The notes: generated by a model not told the origin, from the sequence alone. A DNA stretch of 42,083 bases from a virus (IMGVR_UViG_3300045988_093257:1-42083), one strand, 5' to 3'; numbered from the stretch's first letter, positions 16,550 to 26,262 are shown. Program-made: numbers and translations.

Positions 16550-17404
16550 CTAGGCAATGTAGCCTTTCAAATATCTTTCGTCTCCCTTGACGAAGCCTTC
16601 ATTCTTTCCGTCTGTTACCCATACCCATGCTTCTTTACCGTTGTATGCATATCCACCGTAATAGTAGAGTTTTGTGCCACATGGTTCTGTCTTGATAACT
16701 GGTGCTTTTGTAGAGTTTCCTTTACGCAAGTTCAAACCTTGTTTTGGAATGACTGTATATGTCTTTCCTTTTGCTAACTTGCGGTTCCAGTGAGTTGGCT
16801 TAGTAACATATGTACCGCTTGATGCACCGACTGTGTAAGGAACTGTAGAAGTTGTTTTCCATGAGAGTCCTCCACCGTTCTTGATGTAGGAATATCCATT
16901 GAGCAAGAACATCATTCTGTTTGCTGGAAGCATGTTTGCTAGGTTATATCCACCTACACGGTTTCTGTACTTTGTTCTAACGTGACCCGCACATACTTCT
17001 AGATGAATATGATTGCCAGTAGCACGTCCACTTGTACCTTCTTGATACATAATTTCGTTGAACTTGTAGTAGTGACCTACTGCGAAACTTCTTCTTGAGT
17101 GAGTCAAGGCAAGTGTGATGTATCTTAAGTAGCCATCTGCACAGAGTACCTTCTTTGCCTTGCCATTCTTGTCACAAGACCAGAAGAATCTAGTGTTGCC
17201 AGTGTTTGCATTGCCCCATGCCCCCGCACAGTACCAGTAGGTATTAGGCATCTTGTTTCTCCAAACATCGGCACCAGTATCCATGCCAGCAAGGTCTACT
17301 TCATATGAAACATGTGAGTAGTGATTTCTTCCGTCATAGGCTGAACCAATCTGAGAAACGTTCAAGCATTTCATTCCAAAAGTTAATCTGTCGTAAGTTG
17401 TCAT
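16550..17404 (-). CDS. Endolysin: M23-type metallopeptidase domain plus C-terminal SH3b-like domain
   Basis: H-x3-D-like HYSHVSYEVD and GTSGRATGNHIHLEV (the G-x-TG-x-H-x-H-x-E signature of LytM/M23). The C-terminus LNLRKGNSTKAPVI...KEAWVWV resembles SH3b. Confidence 0.8.
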   Translation of the reverse strand: MTTYDRLTFGMKCLNVSQIGSAYDGRNHYSHVSYEVDLAGMDTGADVWRNKMPNTYWYCAGAWGNANTGNTRFFWSCDKNGKAKKVLCADGYLRYITLALTHSRRSFAVGHYYKFNEIMYQEGTSGRATGNHIHLEVCAGHVRTKYRNRVGGYNLANMLPANRMMFLLNGYSYIKNGGGLSWKTTSTVPYTVGASSGTYVTKPTHWNRKLAKGKTYTVIPKQGLNLRKGNSTKAPVIKTEPCGTKLYYYGGYAYNGKEAWVWVTDGKNEGFVKGDERYLKGYIA

Positions 17405-17422
17405 TGCTTTCTCCTTTAATAG

Positions 17423-17493
17423 TTGCGATTACTAGGTTCGAACTAGTGATAACGGAGTCAAAGTCCGTTGCCTTACCACTTGGCTAAATCGCA
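17423..17493 (-). tRNA. tRNA-Gln (anticodon UUG), no encoded CCA
   Basis: Hand-folded cloverleaf: acceptor TGCGATT/AATCGCA, D-arm GCCAAGTGGTAAGGCA (near-identical to E. coli tRNA-Gln), anticodon stem ACGGA/TCCGT, loop CTTTGAC, T-arm ACTAG-TTCGAAC-CTAGT, and the U1-A72 pair typical of tRNA-Gln. Confidence 0.85.
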
Positions 17494-17495
17494 AT

Positions 17496-17519
17496 AAGAA
17501 AAGCACTCTTTATGAGTGC
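17496..17519 (-). terminator. Rho-independent terminator or attenuator upstream of the tRNA
   Basis: Minus strand GCACTC-ATAAA-GAGTGC followed by TTTTCTTATT. Confidence 0.55.
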
Positions 17520-17525
17520 CTTTGC

Positions 17526-18116
17526 TTAACCAGTTGTAGTTGGTGTTGTTGTTGTCTGATGGCAGAACGGATTTGTTCCCGCATTGTATCCAAAGCTCAT
17601 TGGATATTTGACTACACCAGTCATCTGTTGTGCTAGGAACAACTGGTTGTTCATCTGCTCAAGCTGAGAAATTCTATCTTCAAGTCTAGACCTTTCCATC
17701 TGAGCAAATCTGTCATCAATTGTCTTTTGAATGTTTGCAGTATTGATAGCGTTGTTGTAATTAACACCGTCAATCGCACGTTGTGTCGTGCAGCAGCAAT
17801 TAGAAATCTGTTGTTGCAGACTTGCTTGACCTACTGCAATGTCCTTTGCAGTATTAGTAATAGCAGCACCTAAAGTCATGGTCTGATTCTGTGTCAAGTC
17901 TGACAGTCTACCTACAGTGTTTTCTAAATTGTTGAAGTTCATTGCGTTACACAGTCCCGCTTCTGTTACGGGGTCGGCATTGCTCTTGTTTCCAAATCCA
18001 TTACCCATAAAGGCAAACAAGAATAATACGATTATCCACCATGCACCGCCACCAAATTCGTTGTCATTGTCGTTATTTCTAACAGCACTTGCAACATCAG
18101 CTAAAGAATAATCCAT
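17526..18116 (-). CDS. Membrane-anchored coiled-coil protein, function unknown
   Basis: 196 aa. TM helix GGAWWIIVLFLFAFMGNGF, a CCC motif, coiled coil RSRLEDRISQLEQMNNQL and a Thr-rich tail. AAGGAGA RBS. Confidence 0.65.
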   Translation of the reverse strand: MDYSLADVASAVRNNDNDNEFGGGAWWIIVLFLFAFMGNGFGNKSNADPVTEAGLCNAMNFNNLENTVGRLSDLTQNQTMTLGAAITNTAKDIAVGQASLQQQISNCCCTTQRAIDGVNYNNAINTANIQKTIDDRFAQMERSRLEDRISQLEQMNNQLFLAQQMTGVVKYPMSFGYNAGTNPFCHQTTTTPTTTG

Positions 18117-18142
18117 AGTTTCTCCTTCAACTCTTTAAGAGT

Positions 18143-18346
18143 TTATTTCAAAATGTTCACGAGAGAATTAGCTTGTCTAGACAATTGTTCGAACTGTTCT
18201 CTCGACATTTTGCCACTATTTAAAAGACTCATTACTAAAGCTTTTGGGTCTTGTCCTTGAATGGACTTTTTAAACTGATTGAATGATTCAACCATATTGT
18301 TACTCTGTGGTTGATTCAGTCTGTTTAGAATTGGATTGTTCGTCAT
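18143..18346 (-). CDS. Hypothetical small protein
   Basis: 67 aa, GGAGAA RBS inside the end of the upstream gene. Confidence 0.55.
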   Translation of the reverse strand: MTNNPILNRLNQPQSNNMVESFNQFKKSIQGQDPKALVMSLLNSGKMSREQFEQLSRQANSLVNILK

Positions 18347-18626
18347 ATAATTTCTCCAATCTGCTTAGTCTTTCTTCAATGCTTTTCATAACATCTGTTT
18401 CCTTGTGCTCTGTAATATCAAACGGAGTAATTGATTTATATCCAGCACCGTCTGATTTTACCAGCCATACAATCGGCTGAGTTTCATCAAGCAGTAATGC
18501 ACTGGCATTTGGCGGCAATTGATATGCATTTGCACCGTTGTATCCATTTACTTTTACTACTTGAGGTACAGTGTTATATGAGTACATATTGTCGTAATTC
18601 TGTTGAAACGGGTTAAAATAGTTCAT
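18300..18626 (-). CDS. Hypothetical protein
   Basis: 108 aa, AGAGG RBS, follows a 110-nt gap. Confidence 0.6.
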   Translation of the reverse strand: MNYFNPFQQNYDNMYSYNTVPQVVKVNGYNGANAYQLPPNASALLLDETQPIVWLVKSDGAGYKSITPFDITEHKETDVMKSIEERLSRLEKLYDEQSNSKQTESTTE

Positions 18627-18737
18627 ATTGTCAACCTCTATTCTATTAGTTAATACTGTTAACCTTTAACCATACCATAGCATTTTTCTTAGGAAAGAAA
18701 AGTACTATTCATAAGATTTTTATATGAAATAATGTGA

Positions 18738-18839
18738 TTAGTTTTTTAATGCTTCTGCCACTGCATCGTGCCATCTTTTTGGCACATCATCTAATGTCAT
18801 GCGGTTCATCTGAATCTGTCTTACGTACCATTTAACCAT
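18738..18839 (-). CDS. 33-aa conserved-looking small phage protein (XkdX-like size and position), below the ORF-track cutoff
   Basis: GGAGGAG RBS 7 nt upstream of ATG 18839. MVKWYVRQIQMNRMTLDDVPKRWHDAVAEALKN resembles short proteins found after tail fibre genes in Firmicutes phages. Confidence 0.5.
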   Translation of the reverse strand: MVKWYVRQIQMNRMTLDDVPKRWHDAVAEALKN

Positions 18840-18841
18840 GA

Positions 18842-19222
18842 TTATTCTCCTCCTACAATTTCTGCAAGTGAAGCAATTGCTTCATTGATTGCCGTGATAT
18901 CAGCAGAGTTCTGATTGACTGTATCTTGAAGTGTTGGCTTGTTCATCACAAATTCTAGAACGTCTGTCGTTGTACTTCCAAGATTTGCGTTGTAATGAGT
19001 CATGATTGATTCAATCTTTGTGTAGCCATTGTATGTTGCTACTACTGTTGCACCGTCATCACTGTAAAGGTCAAAGTTGCCACCAAACTTTGCAAGCTCA
19101 GATTTGAGTGTATCCACTGTCATTCCGTCTGCTACAAATGCCATCTGTAATGCTTCGGGGGAGTAATTTACTCCATTATCTAATACGTCATAAAACTTGC
19201 CATTGATTTTTAATTTGTTCAT
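18842..19222 (-). CDS. Hypothetical tail-module protein
   Basis: 126-aa ORF downstream of the tail-collar protein; no motif recognised. Confidence 0.6.
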   Translation of the reverse strand: MNKLKINGKFYDVLDNGVNYSPEALQMAFVADGMTVDTLKSELAKFGGNFDLYSDDGATVVATYNGYTKIESIMTHYNANLGSTTTDVLEFVMNKPTLQDTVNQNSADITAINEAIASLAEIVGGE

Positions 19223-19235
19223 ATCTTCTCCTTAA

Positions 19236-19724
19236 TTAAGCCGTTCTTTCCCAAATGTAAACTGCTAGGTATGGCTGCATATTTGATGCACTTCCAGTAT
19301 TTCCGTGACTGTGTGCGACTCCACCACCCGTATAGTTCGTACTGCCAAATGTTTCTGTAGAAACGTGGTTCCAACCATAAGCACAAAAATATGTTGACCC
19401 AGCTCTATATTCAGCGTTACTCCATGCTGGTTTACTGAATTTATGTACGTGTGCAGTCATTTCATTCTGTGTAATAGCATGTGCTTGCGTAGTATGAGAG
19501 TGTGATGCATTGCCACCAGTACTACCTAATGGGTATGTAGTATTTGCACCAATCAAGCATCTGCCATCAGCAGTCTTTTTCCATGTTCCACCCCATACTG
19601 TCTGAGGATTGAAAGTAGGACTTGTACTGATATAGATTGAGCCGACTGGATAGATGAGGTTTAAAAGGTCAGCCCCACCACGACCATATTCGACACCGTT
19701 TTTCACAATTTTTCCCATGTTCAA
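19236..19724 (-). CDS. Phage tail-collar domain fibre protein
   Basis: YPVGSIYISTSP...WGGTWKK...GRCLIG...GSTGGNASHSH matches the tail collar (MdpB-like) pattern. Confidence 0.7.
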   Translation of the reverse strand: MNMGKIVKNGVEYGRGGADLLNLIYPVGSIYISTSPTFNPQTVWGGTWKKTADGRCLIGANTTYPLGSTGGNASHSHTTQAHAITQNEMTAHVHKFSKPAWSNAEYRAGSTYFCAYGWNHVSTETFGSTNYTGGGVAHSHGNTGSASNMQPYLAVYIWERTA

Positions 19725-20035
19725 TCTCCTATAAAGTAAACACTTCCGTTCTTCTTCTCAGAATCAGAAAGTGCATCATAATCTGTCTTTGATATCTCTA
19801 CATGGTTCAGCTTTGCAAAACCATTCAGCATATCTTGAATCTGTTTGATTGATTCTGCGTCCCCAGTTGCACCAGCCAAGGCAGCGATAGATGTCACTAC
19901 ATTACTGTTAATGTACTCAGCTAACTGCTTTGATGGTCGCATCAGTTGTTCTCGTGTCTCAGATTCAGAGATTGGGTCGGGATATGCAGAAGCATCTTCA
20001 AACCCTTTCTTTGGAGTAAATTCAAATTTATCCAT
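19721..20035 (-). CDS. Tail fibre-associated protein sharing a C-terminal motif with the collagen-like paralog
   Basis: C-terminus ISKTDYDALSDSEKKNGSVYFIGD, compared with [23 protein letters not shown] in the 6218-6442 product. Confidence 0.6.
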   Translation of the reverse strand: MDKFEFTPKKGFEDASAYPDPISESETREQLMRPSKQLAEYINSNVVTSIAALAGATGDAESIKQIQDMLNGFAKLNHVEISKTDYDALSDSEKKNGSVYFIGD

Positions 20036-21957
20036 TACTTAATCTCCTTGACAATCGTGTATTCAAACTTGATGGAAGAAATACTCATGTCCTTGCCTTT
20101 GTCAGTCTTTGAGAATCCACTCTCTAGTCTGACACCCCATAAGCAAATCTTTTTGAGTGAGCACTTTCTTGTGTAGGTCTTTGCATACTTGTATGTAGTC
20201 CAGCCGAATGTGTTGTAGTGGAACTTGTCCCAAAGGCTGAGAGTAACCACAATTGGTTCAGCATCTTCTTCCCCGTCTGAATTTTCGTCTGTTATGTATG
20301 TAATTTTTGTATTGCAAGCAGTGTCGGCACGAGCTTCAAAGAATACCTTCTTGACTGTTTTCAGTGATTCAAAGTGACTTCCGTCAAACATTGGTGTCTC
20401 GTACACTGCGTAGATTTCATTGCCATAGTCGTCACATGAATTTGTGAACTTGCAGAACTTTGCATCTGAAATGAAATACAGTTCTCTGTCAAGTGCAACT
20501 GCATTCGTGACAATCTGACCGTTGTAGCCGATATTCTCCCAGTAGAACCATGCAGTATTTTCAGCCAGTTCATCAAGAGAATACCTTGTACTTGAATCAG
20601 TGTATGGTGCTAGATTGTAGTCCCACATCCATACATGGTTATTAATAAACAGTATGTATTTGCCATCGAAGTCGATTGACTTGCACTTGTCTAGATTATC
20701 TTCATCTAGCAGTCCCTTGGCACGTACACCACCGTTGATATTTCTAGAAATAGGTCTTACATTCCGCTCATCTTCAATCAGTGACGAACACAGTGTACAT
20801 ACACCGTATGTCTTGTTGAGCCATGTAAGACGTGAATCAATCAGCTGAACAGAGTCGGGGCAGTCGCAGCCGATACTGTTGTTGACTGGTTTTGTATTGA
20901 AGTAGTATCGAGTAGTATCTGTTGAATCTACACCGAACTGATATGTAGCTTCATACAGTTCAGTAGGCTTGAAGATAATCAGTCTGCTATACTGCAAGCC
21001 GAATCCAGTGATATCATCTTCTGAATTGCCGATTTCCATATAGTTCGTTTCGGGAAAGTAGGAAGCATCAGCAGTATCTGAATAGTAGAATCGTGATGTA
21101 CCATTGCCCGCAAGGAACAGATGTGAGTTGTTACCTCCACCGTATGCAGTCCAGTATTTGCACTTCTCGATAACCCCTACATAATCGGGATTGGTTACTG
21201 AAATAGTTACCCAAACGTTATCGTTTGTTCCCTTCTGTGGGGCAGTCGTGAAGATGATTTTGTAGTTTGTTCTGTCAACGGTAAAACTTCCATCGCCCTC
21301 TACATGGTCTGTAGAAGCAATCTTTACTTCTACTTTCGTAGAGTCAATCGGAATAACTTTGCCGTCCTTGTCCTTCTGAATCGCTTCACTTGGAAACTTG
21401 AACTCTTTTGTAGTACCGTCTCCTCTGAATGAAACTTGGTACTTGGTCCCTAGCATGTTGTATGCATATGGGGTCGTATCTCCACCCGTACCGTCGGGCT
21501 TGCAGTTCATCAGTACTTGAGGCACGAACGGTTCAACTGGCTTGATTGCAGTCGTTCCATGTTCAAGTTTCAAGTAAATCTTTGTATTCATGAAGAACAA
21601 ATCTTTATTGAAAACAAAGAAGAAGCCTTCTTCCGAGAGCTTTGCATCTTTGTACTTGCTAGTCATTTTATGAGCCTTTGTATCGTACTCATAGATTTCT
21701 CCATTCGTCTGAATGAAGATGTTGTTTTTGTAGCGAATACTTGCAAATACTTCTACATTGAAGTCATATGCAAGTCTCTGCCCGTATCTTTTGCCGAATA
21801 CACCGTTCTTGTACATCATGTTTGTCAGCTTTGGAGACTGATTCACATTCAATGTATATTCAAGGTCTTGGATATTCAGCCCTCCACTTGCGGGAGCAAT
21901 GATAGGGAGCATCTGAAATTCTGCTGCACTGTGCGTTTTCTGCTGAATGATTGGCAT
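20035..21957 (-). CDS. Large tail structural protein (possible nozzle or tail-tubular type, beta-rich)
   Basis: 640 aa, positioned after the capsid and connector genes; repetitive beta-strand-like sequence; family not recognised. Confidence 0.5.
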   Translation of the reverse strand: MPIIQQKTHSAAEFQMLPIIAPASGGLNIQDLEYTLNVNQSPKLTNMMYKNGVFGKRYGQRLAYDFNVEVFASIRYKNNIFIQTNGEIYEYDTKAHKMTSKYKDAKLSEEGFFFVFNKDLFFMNTKIYLKLEHGTTAIKPVEPFVPQVLMNCKPDGTGGDTTPYAYNMLGTKYQVSFRGDGTTKEFKFPSEAIQKDKDGKVIPIDSTKVEVKIASTDHVEGDGSFTVDRTNYKIIFTTAPQKGTNDNVWVTISVTNPDYVGVIEKCKYWTAYGGGNNSHLFLAGNGTSRFYYSDTADASYFPETNYMEIGNSEDDITGFGLQYSRLIIFKPTELYEATYQFGVDSTDTTRYYFNTKPVNNSIGCDCPDSVQLIDSRLTWLNKTYGVCTLCSSLIEDERNVRPISRNINGGVRAKGLLDEDNLDKCKSIDFDGKYILFINNHVWMWDYNLAPYTDSSTRYSLDELAENTAWFYWENIGYNGQIVTNAVALDRELYFISDAKFCKFTNSCDDYGNEIYAVYETPMFDGSHFESLKTVKKVFFEARADTACNTKITYITDENSDGEEDAEPIVVTLSLWDKFHYNTFGWTTYKYAKTYTRKCSLKKICLWGVRLESGFSKTDKGKDMSISSIKFEYTIVKEIK

Positions 21958-21959
21958 TG

Positions 21960-22331
21960 TCAGTCTCCGTATACATCAGTAATAGATACTTCATTACCTT
22001 TCATGTACTTCATCTGTGCATTCTGATAGTAGGTATGAAAGATATCGTATTTAGACAAGTCATCATCAATGAAGAAGTTAGCCGCCAGTCCATACGGCAG
22101 AATTTCATAGTTGATTACGTCGTGATATGGAAGCTCGTCTGTGTCGCTCGTTACCATTGGAATCTCATCGAGTGCATCTTCCCCGTCACGCAATAGAAGT
22201 GAATTTTCCAAATCAAAGTTCTCTGAGAGAAGAACATTAGTCCAAGGAATATAGTAGTTGTCATAGTCCTTTGAAGATTGCTTTTCAAACATCAGTGACT
22301 TTGCACGTTCATATAATTCTTTAACTGTCAT
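21960..22331 (-). CDS. Hypothetical virion-module protein (possible head-tail adaptor)
   Basis: 123 aa, acidic, located between the capsid and tail genes. Confidence 0.5.
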   Translation of the reverse strand: MTVKELYERAKSLMFEKQSSKDYDNYYIPWTNVLLSENFDLENSLLLRDGEDALDEIPMVTSDTDELPYHDVINYEILPYGLAANFFIDDDLSKYDIFHTYYQNAQMKYMKGNEVSITDVYGD

Positions 22332-22370
22332 GTGTCTCCTTTCAGAGAACTCTGAAAAGTTCTCTTATGA

Positions 22371-23258
22371 TTAACCGCCGAACTCAGCAGTAATTACACC
22401 GTGTAGGTCGAATGTGCCAGTAGGTTCGCCAGTTGTAGCATTGACTAATGTCTTGCGTACAAATGCATCGCCATAGTAACGACCTTCAATGAGCAAGCCC
22501 GAAATACCAGGCACGTCACTGTGCTGCTTCAATTCAGCAATCTTTGTAGGTGCGAATACTTCATTCTTGTGTGTGAATAAAGCAAATGTATTTTCCGGTA
22601 GATATTCATCCGGAACTTCGATGATGTTCCAGTTCATGCACTTACCTACAAGACCGTTTGTCAAATGCTTTTCGCCCAGCTTTTCAATTGAAATGAAGTC
22701 AGGGTTCATAAGCAAGAAAGCGTATGTTGTAGATGTAGGTACATAAGCATAGCAGTTTGCACCCATTGGAATCTTCTGATTCACAAACATGGAACGTGCC
22801 TTTACGAACATGTCTACTACTGTGTCCTTTGTAGGTGCAGCAGTGATTACATTCTTTGTAGCAGTTTTAGCAGCAGTAGCCCATGTCTGTAATGCGTGCT
22901 TGTCAAAGAATGGTGTAACCTGTTCGCCAATCTGTTGCTTGATAACTTTTCCCGCTCTCTTTAAAGCAGCGTTATCCTTTGAGTTACCTTTATCAATTGT
23001 CATTGAGAATGACTTGTCGAGCTTTAATGTCATATCTTGGGAATCATCTTCAAGTTCCTTTGGCTGACCATATCTCCATGTACCACTTCTCTTATAGTCT
23101 TGTAAAGGCTGTGTTACTGCGGAATATACATGAATTGTTCTAACACCATCGAATGTATATTCTGTATTTGTCTTGCCCGCAATGATAGATGATTGCAAGT
23201 AAGCCTGTGCCAGTTCGTCTGAATACTTTTCAGCGTAGTTTGTTGCGGATTGTGCCAT
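22371..23258 (-). CDS. Major capsid protein (HK97-fold type)
   Basis: 295 aa directly after the scaffold gene. RYGQPKELEDDSQDMTLKLDKSFSMTIDKGN resembles capsid-family sequences. Size and position fit. Confidence 0.7.
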   Translation of the reverse strand: MAQSATNYAEKYSDELAQAYLQSSIIAGKTNTEYTFDGVRTIHVYSAVTQPLQDYKRSGTWRYGQPKELEDDSQDMTLKLDKSFSMTIDKGNSKDNAALKRAGKVIKQQIGEQVTPFFDKHALQTWATAAKTATKNVITAAPTKDTVVDMFVKARSMFVNQKIPMGANCYAYVPTSTTYAFLLMNPDFISIEKLGEKHLTNGLVGKCMNWNIIEVPDEYLPENTFALFTHKNEVFAPTKIAELKQHSDVPGISGLLIEGRYYGDAFVRKTLVNATTGEPTGTFDLHGVITAEFGG

Positions 23259-23270
23259 GATTTAATCTCC

Positions 23271-24089
23271 TTATTTTCCAAGCAGACCTTCAAGGAACGG
23301 GTCGCCGCCGACACTGGAATTATTGGAATTTAAACCACTGTTCGCATTCTTCTTGTTCTTACTGTTGACTGCATTGTTAGTAGCCTTTGTGCGTAGTGAT
23401 TTGTTTTCCCATCGCAAGTATGCTTCCATAGGACTCATTCCACCGTTGATATCGTCGATTACTTCCGTGTCTAGGTGTTCAATGTCGATATCGGGATTGT
23501 AGTTATACAGTGCTTGTACTTGGTCTCTAAAGTATGCATTCTCTTGCTCTTGTCTCTTTGCTTGAGATTCTGCATCTTGTCTAGCTTTGGCATCACGCTT
23601 GTTCTGATAGACTGCATTTGCGTATTCATGTGCTGCATCGTCGTCAACATCGGGATGCTTCTTCTGATACTCGTTTGCAATCTGCGTGATTTCTGACTGT
23701 TCTTGAAAGTCGTTTAATCTTTCTGCATATTCGTCAATTGTCATGCCCGCTCTTTCAGCGATAGCCGAAATTGACTTGAGAGCACCGTTCTCCAGTGCAT
23801 CGAGTTTGCCCTTTACCTTGTCGTAATTCATGCCTTTCTGTGCAAGCATGATAGCTTCGTCTTGTGTAAGGGCTTTATCTTCGCCGTTGTAGCGAATGTT
23901 CAAGAAGTCTTTAGCTTCTTCTGACTGTGTGTCTTGATTCTCATCTTCGTGAGTTTCTTCTGTTTCCTCTGTATTCTCTTCTGTATTCTCATCTGTAGAA
24001 TCATCAGTAGAATCGTCTGTAAACATTGATTCAAACACATCGTCATTTGCGGTTTCAGATGATGATTGGTTTACCATTTCTTCTGCCAT
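23271..24089 (-). CDS. Scaffolding protein
   Basis: 272 aa with a highly acidic N-terminus and helical, charged sequence, located between the portal and capsid genes. Confidence 0.65.
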   Translation of the reverse strand: MAEEMVNQSSSETANDDVFESMFTDDSTDDSTDENTEENTEETEETHEDENQDTQSEEAKDFLNIRYNGEDKALTQDEAIMLAQKGMNYDKVKGKLDALENGALKSISAIAERAGMTIDEYAERLNDFQEQSEITQIANEYQKKHPDVDDDAAHEYANAVYQNKRDAKARQDAESQAKRQEQENAYFRDQVQALYNYNPDIDIEHLDTEVIDDINGGMSPMEAYLRWENKSLRTKATNNAVNSKNKKNANSGLNSNNSSVGGDPFLEGLLGK

Positions 24090-24191
24090 TTAAAATTCTC
24101 CCAGTGCTATGGTTGGCACTAAAAAAGGCACCTCTTTAGAAGTGTCTTTTCTCAAGCATATTGTAGTTTTTACATATTATTGGACTCAGTC

Positions 24192-26063
24192 CTACTGATA
24201 GAACTCTTTACTTGCAGCATACGTGTTTTGAAGCTGCTCATTTGTAGGGTCTCCACCGCCCGCTCTGTTGTCTACACCGTCCTTCATACCTTGTGTTTCT
24301 GTCGTAGGTTGAAGTGCTTCATCTGTCATAGGCTGAACTGGCGGCATCATCTGTGCTTGAAGCTGAGTTTGGTCTTGCACCTTCTTGATGGAGTCGATAA
24401 GTTCCTTCTTGTTAGGCAGATACTTGTCGGGAATGCCTTCCAAGTATGCGACTGCATCAGTAATAACGCCCTTGTCCCACAGACCGTCAAGTGTCTGTAC
24501 TTGTGTAGCTTCACTCCAGTAGCTTGACTGACCGATTTCTACATTCAAGTCGTAGTTGAGATTCTTGATTGTACTGAAATCAATCTGCATCGTAGTCTTG
24601 TAGATTACTTTAGGTACACTTCCCACTGGCTGAATCTGCTGACCAGTAAGAGGGTCAATCTGTGGAGGGAGTTCCGTTCCGTCCGTAGGGTTCATATACG
24701 CAAGACGGTCAACCAAGCCTAAGTCCTTGGCTTGTGCTTCTGTAATACGGACTTGTCTGATACCGTATGATTCCGACATGATATCAATGATGCTTCTTAC
24801 GATATCCTCATAGAACTGATAGAAGTCGAGCTTCTGAATCTCTAGGGGTACGCTTGATGCTTGCTGAACTGCAACGATGGCAGATGTATTGTTAGGGTTT
24901 GACAGTTCACCCAGTGCAGCATCAGAAGCACCCATGAAGTCCTTTGTATACTGAATCGTAGAGTCAATCAGCTGAATAATCTGATTTGAGAAGTCGGGAG
25001 CCTTGACGGAATCCATCATCTTGCCCGCCATATCCATGTTAGGCAGTGATACCGCCTTTGTTACATCATTCGTAAGTTTCCCTAGCTTTGTTGAATCGTA
25101 GAAAATCTTAGGAAATCCCATATTTGTCATGTAGACCATGCACATTGCGAAAATCTTGTTGATGAAGATTTGGTTAGGAATCAATCCCGTGATTGGAGAC
25201 TGACCGTGATATGAGTTCTTTCTGCGTTCCCAAGTCATGTATGCAACTGGATAGTTCACATATCCCGTGTCTGTTTCTTCCTTGAGCACTACATTCTCTG
25301 TACATTTCATGTAATGGACCGAAGTAGTATTCTTTGTTATCTCTGTTTTCGTAAGAGGGTCAACACCGACAGTTTCTTCCTTCTTTACCTTCCAAAACTT
25401 AGTAATTACAGTAACCAGTTCGTTGGAATCCGTGTTAATCAAGATGCCATTAGGGTCAGAATCAGAGTGAATGCTCTCGATATCTTCCTTTGATACTCCC
25501 CATGCTTCTGCCATGTCCTTTACAGTGTCCTTGTACAGACGCTGAACAATGAGAATGTAAGGCTGCGACTGTACATCAATACTGTATGGATTGCCGAAGA
25601 TGACATTTGTGTTGTCAATAATCTCTGTACGCACCTCGCCCTTTGCATCTTGGTTCGTTTCTATATCGGGGTCGAATGTTACGAACATGCACGTATCCCC
25701 GTCTACTGCACAGTTCTTCATATTTGTACGACACTTGAAGTTTGTCTTGTCTCTTTCAAGTACCTTTTCAATTTCTTTTGAAATAACGCTGCAGAATGCC
25801 TTGTTCTGCGTAGAAGTGTCAAACGGTTCGATATTTACTCCTACATTGTCAGATACAATCATTGCAGTGTAGTACGTACATACACGCTTGATGAGGTTGA
25901 ATACTGGCTTCATAAGGTTAGGTGCATTTACACCGCTCCACTGGTCGCCTAGATAGAACTTTTCATTCTTTTCTACCGTCTCATACAGTCCTTGTGACTG
26001 ATTGTATGTCTGTCCATTGGAATATTCATCCCATATAGCCCTTGGAGTTGTCTTAATTTTCAT
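24192..26063 (-). CDS. Portal protein
   Basis: 623 aa from ATG 26063 (GGGGAGGTGG RBS), downstream of terminase. EKNEKFYLGDQW and overall size are typical of portals. Confidence 0.75.
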   Translation of the reverse strand: MKIKTTPRAIWDEYSNGQTYNQSQGLYETVEKNEKFYLGDQWSGVNAPNLMKPVFNLIKRVCTYYTAMIVSDNVGVNIEPFDTSTQNKAFCSVISKEIEKVLERDKTNFKCRTNMKNCAVDGDTCMFVTFDPDIETNQDAKGEVRTEIIDNTNVIFGNPYSIDVQSQPYILIVQRLYKDTVKDMAEAWGVSKEDIESIHSDSDPNGILINTDSNELVTVITKFWKVKKEETVGVDPLTKTEITKNTTSVHYMKCTENVVLKEETDTGYVNYPVAYMTWERRKNSYHGQSPITGLIPNQIFINKIFAMCMVYMTNMGFPKIFYDSTKLGKLTNDVTKAVSLPNMDMAGKMMDSVKAPDFSNQIIQLIDSTIQYTKDFMGASDAALGELSNPNNTSAIVAVQQASSVPLEIQKLDFYQFYEDIVRSIIDIMSESYGIRQVRITEAQAKDLGLVDRLAYMNPTDGTELPPQIDPLTGQQIQPVGSVPKVIYKTTMQIDFSTIKNLNYDLNVEIGQSSYWSEATQVQTLDGLWDKGVITDAVAYLEGIPDKYLPNKKELIDSIKKVQDQTQLQAQMMPPVQPMTDEALQPTTETQGMKDGVDNRAGGGDPTNEQLQNTYAASKEFYQ

Positions 26064-26262
26064 TTCCACCTCCCCATGAGAGTACATTGATTACCTGTCT
26101 CAACTGTTCTTTTTCCTCTTTTGTAAGTCCGTCCTTGTCAACGAGTTTCTGAGCTTCTGCCTTTCCGTCTGCATAGCCCTTGTTATATGACTTGTAGCCC
26201 ATGAATGCACCGCTCATCAGCCCGCACATGGCACAACATACGATAATAAGTAAAATCTGCAT
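26053..26262 (-). CDS. Small membrane protein between terminase and portal
   Basis: 69 aa from ATG 26262 (GGAGG RBS); TM helix MQILLIIVCCAMCGLMSGAFMG. Confidence 0.55.
   Translation of the reverse strand: MQILLIIVCCAMCGLMSGAFMGYKSYNKGYADGKAEAQKLVDKDGLTKEEKEQLRQVINVLSWGGGNEN

Noticed and set aside
17423-17493. tRNA as a suppressor indicating stop-codon recoding
   Set aside because: The anticodon is UUG (standard Gln), and all long ORFs are intact under the standard code with no in-frame stops.
21517-22196. 169-aa and 81-aa plus-strand ORFs antisense to the 640-aa tail gene and its neighbour
   Set aside because: Antisense to well-supported late genes, with no RBS and Cys/Phe/Leu-rich translations. 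Considered spurious.
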